Positions 1 through 8,652 of a stretch of 64,000 bases of DNA are shown here, piece by piece. The position numbers and the translations under genes are program-made. Location of the stretch: the NCBI GenBank assembly GCA_964609835.1, contig CAZSTH010000003.1, positions 10,101-74,100 of the forward strand, written 5' to 3'. Source of the DNA: an uncultured Thermoanaerobaculia bacterium. GTDB lineage: Bacteria; Acidobacteriota; Thermoanaerobaculia; Thermoanaerobaculales; Sulfomarinibacteraceae. The notes beneath the pieces are model-generated. The model ran no database searches. It saw only the letters and a list, made by a program, of their open reading frames with translations, and was not told where the DNA came from. Within the stretch, counting starts at the first letter, position 1. Every line of letters begins with the position of its first letter.

Positions 1-89
1 GCCGAGCCGATCTTGAACGGGCTGCCGTCCGAGATGAAGGTTCGGGTATGCCCGTCACCGTCGTAGTAGCTGAGGGTGAGGTGGTTCAT
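1..89 (-). CDS. 5' end of a gene leaving the window (hypothetical; N-terminus MNHLTLSYYDGDGHTRTFISDGSPFKIGS)
   Basis: ATG (complement of 87-89) with GGGAGA 7 nt upstream. The frame stays open to position 1. Divergent from the FHA gene. Confidence 0.4.
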   Translation of the reverse strand, partial: MNHLTLSYYDGDGHTRTFISDGSPFKIGS

Positions 90-269
90 CGACTGGTCTC
101 CCGGTTTCCGGACCGCATCATCGCCGCCTCTCCATTGTACGAAGGCGCAAAATTCCTGAGAAAAAAGCGACAGTGTGGCAACTGATTACGAGACAGAGTT
201 CCGCTCTCATGAGCGCGTCACCGTATACTCGATATGGGGCGGCCGTCACAGAAGGGGGATCGCCAACGC

Positions 270-1322
270 ATGCCCAAGCTTCTCATTCGCGGATCCGGTG
301 AGCGGGACGAGCCGATCCAGGAGATCGAGCTGGCCCTCGGCGAGTCGCTGCTCGGCCGGTCGGAAGACTGTCACATTCAGCTCGAAAACAAGACCATCTC
401 GAGGCGCCACGCGACGATCGCCAGCACGATCCAGGGGTTCGTGCTGACCGACCTGGGGAGCGTCAACGGCGTCTGGGTCAACGGCGAGCGGGTCACCCGA
501 CACCTGCTCCGGCACGAGGACTCGATCTGCTTCGGCACCGCGGTGGCGGTCTTCCACGATCCGCCCGACCCCGACGCCACGGTGCAAATCGACGTTCAAG
601 GGCTGCTCGAAAAGGCGCACAAGACGGCGTCCTTGAACATTGCCGATGTCATGGAGGACGCACCGACGAGGCCGCCACGGGCTGCTGCTCCCGCACCCGA
701 CGCGGCGCCGGTTCGAACGCCGCCACCGCCGCCGGCTCCGCCTCGTTCTGCCCCACCCCCGCAGGCGGCGCCTCCGCCGCCTGCAAAGCCTGCTCGGCGT
801 CCGGCGCCGCCTCCGAGATCGGTCGGCGAGCACGAGCTCGAGCCCCGTCAAGCCGCCCCGCCGCCCGCCGGACGACCGTCCGCGGCTCGGACCGATCGCA
901 GCTATGCCGGTTTTTGGATTCGCGTTCTCGCGTGGGTTGTCGACGCGCTTGTCCTGGCTGTTGTGAGCGGGCTCCTGACCATCGGTGCCGGCCTGCTTGG
1001 CGGCCTCCTCGGTCAGCGCGCCCCGGCTTTGCAGATCTACCTGATATCCGTCACCTGGGCTCTGACCATGCTGCTCCCGGCGCTCTACCTCGTTGTCGGA
1101 TGGGCCCGCTCCGGGCGCACGCTCGGCAAGATGGCGTGCGGTGTTCGAATCCTCCGCGACGACGGCTCGAAGCTCGGCGTCGGAACCGCGATCGTTCGCC
1201 TTTTCGGCTATGTGGTCAGTTCGATGCTGCTGTGTGTCGGCTACCTGATGGTCGCCTTCACCGATCGTAAGCGCGGTCTCCACGACATGATCGCGGGAAC
1301 CATCGTCGTCCGCGATCGTTGA
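270..1322 (+). CDS. FHA domain / Pro-rich linker / RDD-family membrane domain protein
   Basis: N-terminal FHA pattern (LGRSEDCHIQLENKTISRRHATI...GSVNGVWVNGERV). A roughly 90-aa Pro/Ala linker follows. The C-terminal TM region has the RDD-type ending (GRTLGKMACGVRI...RKRGLHDMIAGTIVV). AAGGGGGA lies 8-9 nt before the ATG at 270, which I prefer over the ORF-track ATG at 234. Confidence 0.8.
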   Translation: MPKLLIRGSGERDEPIQEIELALGESLLGRSEDCHIQLENKTISRRHATIASTIQGFVLTDLGSVNGVWVNGERVTRHLLRHEDSICFGTAVAVFHDPPDPDATVQIDVQGLLEKAHKTASLNIADVMEDAPTRPPRAAAPAPDAAPVRTPPPPPAPPRSAPPPQAAPPPPAKPARRPAPPPRSVGEHELEPRQAAPPPAGRPSAARTDRSYAGFWIRVLAWVVDALVLAVVSGLLTIGAGLLGGLLGQRAPALQIYLISVTWALTMLLPALYLVVGWARSGRTLGKMACGVRILRDDGSKLGVGTAIVRLFGYVVSSMLLCVGYLMVAFTDRKRGLHDMIAGTIVVRDR

Positions 1323-1348
1323 ACGCGGCACCACCGTGGGGAGGAAGC

Positions 1349-2680
1349 ATGTGGCTGCGGAAGTATTCCGCGATCGTCCTGATCTCGCTCGGCGCGGCGC
1401 TGGTCTACCTGCAGTTTCCGGACCGGCTCGAGGGTGAGACGAGCCAGGACATCGTGGCGCTCGAGGTCGAAAAGGCGCCATTCACCGAGTCGCAGGTGCG
1501 AGAGAGATTCGGGGACAATCTCCTCGAGCTCGACTACGAGGGGCTGGAGTCGACGCCTGAGATCCGGGATGTGGTGCTCAGCTTGATGGGCGAGTCGGGA
1601 TCCTATTGCGTGGACGAGACCGAGTGGCAGTGGTTTGTCGACGAACGGTCGATCATCGAACCGGTCGGACTGGTCTACAGCTTTCGCGACGGCCTGCACG
1701 AGATCGCCTCCGTCGAGCTCCTCGACCATGCGACGTACGGAGAGATCGCGTGCCTCGAGATCACCCTGCTCGGTGCGTATGACAACCCCGACTGGGGCTC
1801 GATGGTCTGGCTGGAGAAGGAGCAGCTGAGCGAGTACCTCTCCCTCGCCGCCGAGCTCGAGCGGCTCGCCGCCGGCGTGGTCCCCGCGGAGGGAGGCCGC
1901 GGCGTGCCGGTTCGTGAGTGGCGGCGCTTTCGTCGCCGCGAGCTCGATACACTGGATTTCCGTCCGCAGTTCATCGCCTTCGGGCAGCTTTTCGCCGGCT
2001 CGGTGGACGAGGAGGAGGTGCCCTGGACCCTCGCGACGCCGTGGCTCGACACCACGGCGGCGGCGGGCGGCGTCGCGGCTCTCCTCGCCGGACTCGTGTT
2101 GCTGGGCGGGTCCTACCGGGCTACCGCCGGACGCCCGGGGGTGCCGATCGCGCCCGCCTGGCTCGCGGTATTCTGCGATGCGATCTGCATGGTCGGCGGT
2201 CTGATCTTCGTCACTCTGGCGATTGACACCCTGTGGGTCGGGCCGCTCGGCCGGCCCTCGCTGCTCGGCCTCGAACCCGAGTGGCCCTCGGAGCAGGCGA
2301 TCACCGGCCTTCACTTCATCTCGATTCCGGTCGTGTCCCTCGCTCTGCCTTTGCTGACCCTCTGGTTCGTCAGCATTTCGGCGCAGCGCGTCGAAATCGA
2401 CGAACAGGGCGTGACCTCGCACGGCGCGATCGGCTCGCGCACCATCACCTGGGGCGAGATCTGGAAGGTCGAATTGAGGGAGCAGAGCAACCCATTCGCC
2501 TTCACCGTGGTCGACTTTCGTAAGCTGCAGATGGTGCTCGATCTCGAGGGGGACGGTGCCACACTGACCATCAACGAGCCGCAATCGGCGAGGCGCAAGC
2601 GGCAGATCCTCGGCCTGCTCCTCGAGCACGCACCGAATGACCGCAAGGACCTGATCCGCGCCGTCGAATCCGGGTGGTGA
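1349..2680 (+). CDS. hypothetical membrane protein (N-terminal anchor, central TM bundle, C-terminal soluble domain)
   Basis: GGAGGA RBS before the ATG at 1349. High GC3. Starts 27 nt after the FHA-RDD stop, so probably co-transcribed. I recognise no family. Confidence 0.65.
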   Translation: MWLRKYSAIVLISLGAALVYLQFPDRLEGETSQDIVALEVEKAPFTESQVRERFGDNLLELDYEGLESTPEIRDVVLSLMGESGSYCVDETEWQWFVDERSIIEPVGLVYSFRDGLHEIASVELLDHATYGEIACLEITLLGAYDNPDWGSMVWLEKEQLSEYLSLAAELERLAAGVVPAEGGRGVPVREWRRFRRRELDTLDFRPQFIAFGQLFAGSVDEEEVPWTLATPWLDTTAAAGGVAALLAGLVLLGGSYRATAGRPGVPIAPAWLAVFCDAICMVGGLIFVTLAIDTLWVGPLGRPSLLGLEPEWPSEQAITGLHFISIPVVSLALPLLTLWFVSISAQRVEIDEQGVTSHGAIGSRTITWGEIWKVELREQSNPFAFTVVDFRKLQMVLDLEGDGATLTINEPQSARRKRQILGLLLEHAPNDRKDLIRAVESGW

Positions 2681-2720
2681 TCAGATTCAAATACCTCTAG
2701 CCTGCATATCTCACCGGGTT

Positions 2721-2783
2721 TCGTCGTAACGGTTTCCGCAATCGTCGTAATGGTGTCCACGATCGTCGGAATCGCAGTGTGAG
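2721..2783. repeat. about 2.5 tandem copies of a 21-bp unit (TCGTCGTAAYGGTKTCCRCRA)
   Basis: Units at 2721-2741, 2742-2762 (17/21 identical) and a degenerate third at 2763-2783. Located just upstream of the IS21-like transposase fragment. Confidence 0.7.
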
Positions 2784-2840
2784 GTGAGCTGAGCAGAGAG
2801 ATCCGGAACAGGCAATCTTGCCGCCTGGAGAGGAGGCAGG

Positions 2841-2969
2841 ATGCCGGGAAGAAGGATCGAGATGCGGAAGCTCGAGGAGGTGCTCCGGCTTCTTTTAACG
2901 GCGAAGTTCGGGTGGGCACGCGGCACCACTGGGCACCACTCTCGGCGACACCTTCGCATCAGCGACTGA
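2841..2969 (+). pseudogene. remnant of an IS21-family (IstA-like) transposase N-terminus
   Basis: A 42-codon ORF, MPGRRIEMRKLEEVLRLLLTAK... The first 17-18 aa resemble the R-R-hydrophobic-x-MRK-hydrophobic-x-EVLRL opening that I recall for IS21-family transposases. The rest is unrelated and stops early. The segment has lower GC. Confidence 0.4.
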
Positions 2970-2978
2970 TCCCGGACC

Positions 2979-4472
2979 TCAGCGTGCCGGTTGCCCGCGC
3001 TCCTCGAGCCACTCCTGCATCTCTTTGACCCGCTTCGAGTGCGTGTAGTGGCCGTCGGCGAAGACCGCGTAGTCGCCGCCGCCGGCCATCGCCGCGGTGA
3101 AACGGATCGAGTTGGCATAGAACAGCCAGATATCGGCCCAACGGTGCTCGATCGCCTCGTCGAACGGGCTGCCACCGGCAGCCGGTCCCTCTGCAAGTCC
3201 CCGCTCCCAGACCTCCTTCAGGATCTGGGTCGCGGTGATCGTGGCGGCGTTGGTGGTCTCGTGACTCCGCTCGTAGCGGTCGAAGTGGCCGCGCACCCAG
3301 GCCTCGCCGTGGCAGGAGAGGCAGATCGCCGACATCGTCTTCCGCCTCCGCGCCTGCTCCTCGGCATCGATCAGGAACTCGGACGCCGGCGTGCCGTCGA
3401 GCGCCGTCGGCAGCGGCATGCCGTCCTTGTTGCGGATCTTCGTGGTGTCGGGATCCTTCGGGTGGGCGTGGGAGTACACGAGGCCGAAGATCCGCCACGC
3501 GATGCGGCCGTTCATGCCGTGGGTGCGCTCGGCGATCGTCTCACCGTCCGGGCTCACCAGCAGGCTGACGTGACAGGCCGCGCAGGTCGGGGCCGTGAAG
3601 TCGCGGCCAACCGTCCAGGGCACCACCTCGAAGTCCCATTCCTGCTTCTTCGAGTGGTAGATGTTGCCGTGCTTGCTCGCGGAGTAGACCTTGTAGACCG
3701 GCACGTCGGGGCCCACGTGGCACTCCTTGCAGGTGTAGGGCTTGCGTGCGATCTCGATGGCGAAGCTGTGCCTGGTGTGGCAGGCGGAACAGGAGCCCAA
3801 CGTGCCGTCCAGATTGACGCGGCCGACGCCCTGGTTGGGCCAGCCGGCGATCGCCGCGAACTCCATATCTCCGAAGTCGGTCTCACGGGTCTCGATGCCG
3901 GTGACCTCGAGGCGGGTGCCGTGGCAGTACAGGCAGCCCAGGGCCTCGGTCTCCGGGTCCGGCTCCCGGAACACCAGCCGCCCGCCGTCGCGAACCGGTA
4001 CTCCCAGGATGTTCCGCTCGAGGTCCTGGTAGAGCGCGTTGCCCTCGAGGTTGCCATGGGCGTGCGCCATGATGTTGCCGGCATACTGCTCCGCCTCCAC
4101 CGGGTGACAGACCGCGCAGTCGCCCGGGCTGACCACTGAGTGGACGCGGTAATCGTTGTGGTCGAAAACTCCCTCGTGCTGGTCCGGGCGCAGGGTGTGG
4201 CACTCGGCACATCCGACGACCACGCCGGCGAGGTCGCCCGGAATGTCATCGCTCGAGACCTTGCGGGAGAGTCCCTCGACCGCGGTGGCCGCTGCCGGGG
4301 TGATCGCAGCGTGTCGGCTCGACCTCCAGCCCGCCACGATTCCCGGGTGGAGCGACTCGTGACAGATCAGACAGGTCTCCGTGGCCTCGCTCACCGGTCG
4401 CGGTTCGTCAGCGGCGGCAGGCAGTGCGAGCAGGCAGGCGGCGAGGATCGGGGCGATGTGGACGGCTTTCAT
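2979..4472 (-). CDS. octaheme c-type cytochrome, hydroxylamine-oxidoreductase (HAO)-like family, secreted
   Basis: Signal peptide (MKAVHIAPILAACLLALPAAA). Eight CXXCH motifs: CLICH, CAECH, CAVCH, CLYCH, CSACH, CKECH, CAACH, CLSCH. Size about 500 aa. GGGGAGGGA RBS. Confidence 0.85.
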   Translation of the reverse strand: MKAVHIAPILAACLLALPAAADEPRPVSEATETCLICHESLHPGIVAGWRSSRHAAITPAAATAVEGLSRKVSSDDIPGDLAGVVVGCAECHTLRPDQHEGVFDHNDYRVHSVVSPGDCAVCHPVEAEQYAGNIMAHAHGNLEGNALYQDLERNILGVPVRDGGRLVFREPDPETEALGCLYCHGTRLEVTGIETRETDFGDMEFAAIAGWPNQGVGRVNLDGTLGSCSACHTRHSFAIEIARKPYTCKECHVGPDVPVYKVYSASKHGNIYHSKKQEWDFEVVPWTVGRDFTAPTCAACHVSLLVSPDGETIAERTHGMNGRIAWRIFGLVYSHAHPKDPDTTKIRNKDGMPLPTALDGTPASEFLIDAEEQARRRKTMSAICLSCHGEAWVRGHFDRYERSHETTNAATITATQILKEVWERGLAEGPAAGGSPFDEAIEHRWADIWLFYANSIRFTAAMAGGGDYAVFADGHYTHSKRVKEMQEWLEERGQPAR

Positions 4473-4861
4473 GGCAGTGCTCCCTCCCCGTTGAGCTTGG
4501 TCCCCATACTACCGGAGCCCTTGCGAGGTGTACGGACGCAAAGGGTGCAAAAGCAAAGGGCACACAGGGCGGTGTCACAACCTCACGTTGGCAGAATGGA
4601 TCCGGAGCGTCCCGCGTGCTTGAGGAATTCCTGGAAAACATCACAAGTGGGTGTCAGGCACCTGAGATGATCCTCGCAGAGCGATCACGGCGAAAATTGA
4701 GAGGGCGGTGAGCTCACCGATGTCAGCCTCGCCCTCAGCTGGTACCCCGACCCAGCGGCCAGGGTGGTGGCGAACTACGTCCGCGCCATGCCGAAGGACC
4801 GCGGCGCGGCCGCCGTTTCCTGCTTCGCGTCCACTTCAACCCGTGGTGACGACGGCGTGGA

Positions 4862-5566
4862 CTACGGGGCGGGAAAGATCGGCAGCTCGCGCAGCCGGCC
4901 GCGCGGCCCGCTGACGGCGGCCGTGAGCAGCGCGCGGGCGATTTCCGCCGGGTCGATCCACTGCTCGCGGTCGGCATCCGGCATGGCGTTTCGGTTGCCC
5001 GGGGTGTCGACGACGCCCATCGGGTAGACGACGGCGGTCGAGATCCCCTGACTCGAGAGCTCGTCCTCCACCGCGTGCAGGTAGGCCTGCACCGCGGCCT
5101 TGGCCGCCGCGTACACGCTCATGCCGCCACCACCCGAGCGATGCCATGCCGGGCCCGCTGAAAACGCGGCCACGAAGCCTCCGCCGTCCTCGAGCAGCAC
5201 GGGTAGGACCGCGCCCGCGGTGATCACCAGGGACCGCACGTTGAGGTCGAACATCTTCTCGTAGAGCCCGACGTCGAGCTCGTCGGCAGGCGCCATCGCG
5301 AAGCCCCCGGTGGTGTGAATCAGCCCGTCGAGGCCGCCGAGGCGGTCGCGGGCCTCCCGCACCATCATGGTGGTCGCCTCGGGGTCGGTGAGATCGGCCT
5401 CGAGGGCGACGGCGCCGTGGGCCTCGGCCCGCTGCCGGACCTCGTCGAGGAGGATGTCGGCCAGCGCGAGACGGCCGCCGGCCTCTGCGAAGGTCGAGAT
5501 GATGCTGCCGGCGATGCCGCCGCCGGCACCGGTGATGAGGTAGCGCCCGTCAGTTTGGAGTTGCAT
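4862..5566 (-). CDS. short-chain dehydrogenase/reductase (SDR) family oxidoreductase
   Basis: N-terminal TGAGGGIAG Rossmann motif. YAAAK catalytic motif (SVYAAAKAAV). About 234 aa. Confidence 0.85.
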   Translation of the reverse strand: MQLQTDGRYLITGAGGGIAGSIISTFAEAGGRLALADILLDEVRQRAEAHGAVALEADLTDPEATTMMVREARDRLGGLDGLIHTTGGFAMAPADELDVGLYEKMFDLNVRSLVITAGAVLPVLLEDGGGFVAAFSAGPAWHRSGGGGMSVYAAAKAAVQAYLHAVEDELSSQGISTAVVYPMGVVDTPGNRNAMPDADREQWIDPAEIARALLTAAVSGPRGRLRELPIFPAP

Positions 5567-5748
5567 GTTCCCCCCCGGGAGAAAGTCTGGTGAGAGAAAC
5601 CGTCAGCCGAGCGACCGGATTCCGCGCCCTCGAGGGACGCGGAGAGACGACGCCGTCGGAAGGCCCGGCGGTCTCCGCGAGGTTCACACAGGTGCCGTCG
5701 GAAGAGCAGCGGGTCCTCGGCCGGCGCCGGCGGCGTGCTTGGAGGATC

Positions 5749-6306
5749 ATGAACGTCGAACAGGTTGCCCGTTGGCTCAATCGCGCCGGCCTCAACGCCG
5801 CAGCCTGCGGCTGGCTGCCGGCGGTGTCGATCTTCGTGGATGAGTTCTACGACAACCACGACTACGATCTCCTCCACCCATCGGCGCGTCTCCGGATCGC
5901 GGCGGTCTTGAAGGAGCGGGGTTTCCGGCAGCGGTCTGGCCGCCGGTTCGAGGGCCCTGCCGGGCGGATCGAGTTCCCGCGGCCGCCGCGTCTGCTGTCG
6001 TCGGACCCGCTGGCCGAGCTCGAGGAGGCCGTGCGCAACGGGGCCGACGCGGTCTTCGCGACGCCGACGCAGGTGGTGCTGGCGACCTGGCGGCGGGAGG
6101 GCCCGGAGCTCGGCGACGCGCGGCAGCGCGAGCTGCGGGAGCTGGTACGGGAGCAGCCGGCGAACCTCGACAAGGTCGGCGACTGGCTGCGGCGGACGGC
6201 GAGCGGGGCGGAGTACGCACGCTTCAAGCCGGAGCTGGCGGCCGCCCAGGAGGAAGGCTTTCAGCTCCGGCGGACGGGGCGGTTCCGCTCGTCGTTGCCG
6301 CGGTGA
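5749..6306 (+). CDS. hypothetical protein
   Basis: GGAGGA RBS directly upstream of the ATG at 5749 (MNVEQVARWL...). High GC3. No family recognised. Confidence 0.55.
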   Translation: MNVEQVARWLNRAGLNAAACGWLPAVSIFVDEFYDNHDYDLLHPSARLRIAAVLKERGFRQRSGRRFEGPAGRIEFPRPPRLLSSDPLAELEEAVRNGADAVFATPTQVVLATWRREGPELGDARQRELRELVREQPANLDKVGDWLRRTASGAEYARFKPELAAAQEEGFQLRRTGRFRSSLPR

Positions 6307-6386
6307 CCGCACGGCGCTCGGCCCTGGGATCCGTCGGCCCGGCCCGGTGCTAGACTCGAGAGGGCTCGTCGAGAGCCTTTCTCCTC

Positions 6387-8606
6387 ATGACGACCCCTTT
6401 CGAGCCTTCCGTCCACGATCGGCCGGCGCTGGCGCTGATCGCTGCCGTTGCCCTGGCGGCTGTGGTGGTCTCCTGCTTCCACATCACCGAGTCCGACCTT
6501 TTCATGCACCTGAGAAACGGCGAGCGGTTGCTGGAGAGCGGCCGACTCGAGCGTGCCGAGGTCTACTCGTACACCACCACCGAAGCCGTGTTCCCCAACC
6601 ACGAGTGGCTCTCGAACCTGGTGATGGCCATCGTGTGGAGGCTCGGCGGATTCGATCTCCTGGTCGCCGTCAAGGCGGCAGCCGCCGGTGCTCTGGTGCT
6701 GCTGTGGGCCGCCGCGGCTCGCGCCCGCGGGGCGCGCGGACCGGCGGTGCCGCTGGCGCTGCTTTTGGGCCTCGTGCTGATCCGTTTCCGGCTCTACACG
6801 CGGCCGGAAATCTTCACGCTGCTTCTGTTGCCGGTGGTCGACCTGCTGTGTCTGCGTTCGGTGGCGCGGCCGGCCGGGCGGGTGGCGTGGTGGATTCCGG
6901 TCCTGTGCATCCCCTGGGCCAACCTTCACCCCGGAGTGGTGCTGGCGCCCGTGGTGGTGGCGGCCCACGGTGCGGGGGCCCTGCCGGCCGGGCGGCTGCC
7001 ACTGATCGCGGCGCGCGGCACGCCGGCCGCCGGCCGCCGGCTGCTGTTGGCCGGCGCCGCCTGCCTGCCGGCGATGCTGGTCAACCCGTTCGGCCTCCAC
7101 ATCTTTACCCCGCTGTGGCGGATCGCCACTTCGGACGCGATCCGCGCTGCCAAGGTGCGGGAGTGGCTGCCGCCGGGTCTCGACGATTTCCTCTTCTTTT
7201 ACCTCGTGCTCGCAGGGGGCAGCGCGCTGCTGGCGGCCACGCTCCGGCGGATGGCCCTCGCCGATCTCGCGCTGTGGGTCGGCTTCGCCCTGCTCGCGCT
7301 GCGCTCGCTGCGCCACATCGGAGTCTTCGCGGTGGTGGTTGCGCCGATCCTGGCGCTGGGCCTGACAACGGCGGCGGAGGCGGTCGGCCGCGGCTCGGTG
7401 CGGCACGCACCCAACCTCCACCGACTGTTGGCTCCGGGAATCCGGGCAGCAATGGTGGCGGTCCTGGTCGTCATCACCACCGCCGCGCTGCTGTCACCAC
7501 GGCCGACCATCGTCCACCAGGACCAGAGCCGGCACTACCGGTTCGGCCTCGGGCTCGACAACCTGTCGGCCCCGATTGCCACGGTCGATCTCGTCGAGCG
7601 TTGGGGGCTGCCGGGCCCGCTCTACAACTCGTGGGGTTTTGGCGGCTACCTGATCTGGCGCTCGTGGCCGCGGCTGCAGGTCTTCCTCGACGGCCGAGAC
7701 TACATGTACGCGAAGCTCATCGAGAGTCTGCGGAGGACCCCTGCCGAGGAGCTGATCGGATCCTTCGGCTTCCGCACCCTTCTGATCGGGCACGATGACG
7801 AGGCGATGCTGGAGGCGGCCGCCGCCTCGACCGAGCTGTCGCTGTTGGGCTTCGACGACCGGGCGCAGCTGTGGGTGCGACGGGGCGCGAGCACAACGCG
7901 GCCGGAGCCGCAGCCGCTCCCCAACCTGCAGCCGCACGATTTGTCGCTGGCGTGGTTCGATCGGCTCGAGCCCGCGCAGCAGGCGGCGGCGCAGCGAGGT
8001 GCGGTGTTGGCCGCGGAGCGGGCGACGGACCACGCCCTTCCGTGGGCGGTCCTCGGCTCGATCCAGCGCCGGCGCGGAGAGGCGGAGGCGGCCGCGCGTT
8101 CCTACGCGCGGGCAGTGGAGCGCGACCCTGACCAGGCTTCGTACCACAACAACTACGGCGCGATCCTGCTCGACCTCCACCGGCCGTGGCGGGTCGTGGA
8201 AGCCCAGAAAACCCACCCGCACGCCCGGCGGCGCTTCCGCGGTCCGGTCCCGTCCCATCAGCACGCTCGGCGTGCGCGGCGCATAGTGCGCGCGATCCTG
8301 CTCGACCTCCACCGTGTCGACGCGGCGGCCGCGAGCTTTCTGACCGCGGCCCGTCTCGCGCCGGATCGCTTCGAAGGGTGGCTCAATCTCGGCCGCGCCC
8401 GGCTGCGGGCGGGTGACGGTGCGGGGGCGGCGGCGGCTCTCGAGAAGGCGCGGCGTGTGGCGCCGCGGCGGGCGGAAACCCACTACCTGCTCGGGCTCGC
8501 CGTCAATGATCCCGAGCGCGCACGGAAGTTCCTCCGCCGGAGCCTCGAGCTCGATCCGCAGGGGCCGTGGGCGGCCGACGCACGCGAGCGGCTCGGCGTA
8601 CGCTGA
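6387..8606 (+). CDS. large polytopic membrane protein with C-terminal TPR repeats (glycosyltransferase-39/ArnT-like topology)
   Basis: At least 10 predicted TM segments in the first 400 aa or so. C-terminal TPR-like repeats (AAARSYARAVERDPD..., AAAALEKARRVAPRRAETHYLLG...). Confidence 0.75.
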   Translation: MTTPFEPSVHDRPALALIAAVALAAVVVSCFHITESDLFMHLRNGERLLESGRLERAEVYSYTTTEAVFPNHEWLSNLVMAIVWRLGGFDLLVAVKAAAAGALVLLWAAAARARGARGPAVPLALLLGLVLIRFRLYTRPEIFTLLLLPVVDLLCLRSVARPAGRVAWWIPVLCIPWANLHPGVVLAPVVVAAHGAGALPAGRLPLIAARGTPAAGRRLLLAGAACLPAMLVNPFGLHIFTPLWRIATSDAIRAAKVREWLPPGLDDFLFFYLVLAGGSALLAATLRRMALADLALWVGFALLALRSLRHIGVFAVVVAPILALGLTTAAEAVGRGSVRHAPNLHRLLAPGIRAAMVAVLVVITTAALLSPRPTIVHQDQSRHYRFGLGLDNLSAPIATVDLVERWGLPGPLYNSWGFGGYLIWRSWPRLQVFLDGRDYMYAKLIESLRRTPAEELIGSFGFRTLLIGHDDEAMLEAAAASTELSLLGFDDRAQLWVRRGASTTRPEPQPLPNLQPHDLSLAWFDRLEPAQQAAAQRGAVLAAERATDHALPWAVLGSIQRRRGEAEAAARSYARAVERDPDQASYHNNYGAILLDLHRPWRVVEAQKTHPHARRRFRGPVPSHQHARRARRIVRAILLDLHRVDAAAASFLTAARLAPDRFEGWLNLGRARLRAGDGAGAAAALEKARRVAPRRAETHYLLGLAVNDPERARKFLRRSLELDPQGPWAADARERLGVR
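8158..8314. repeat. 25-bp exact direct repeat flanking a 107-bp insert inside the TPR gene
   Basis: GCGCGATCCTGCTCGACCTCCACCG occurs at 8158-8182 and 8290-8314. The period of 132 bp is in frame. Confidence 0.9.
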
Positions 8607-8652
8607 GGATCGACGGGGGTCGTCGCGGCCGCGGGCCGCTGCTCCGGCAGGG

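Noticed and set aside
4573-4585. 13-nt match TCACAACCTCACG, shared with 41780-41792 and lying upstream of two minus-strand genes, as a possible shared regulatory motif.
   Set aside because: By rough count, on the order of a hundred exact 13-mer coincidences are expected by chance in 2 x 64 kb. There is no dyad symmetry or flanking similarity.
4708-5027. Plus-strand ORFs between the HAO-like gene and the SDR, including a stretch reading LTDVSLALSWYPDPAARVVANYVRAM that looks protein-like.
   Set aside because: No start or RBS. It runs into and overlaps the well-supported minus-strand SDR gene, and I recognise no family. At most it is a relic fragment.
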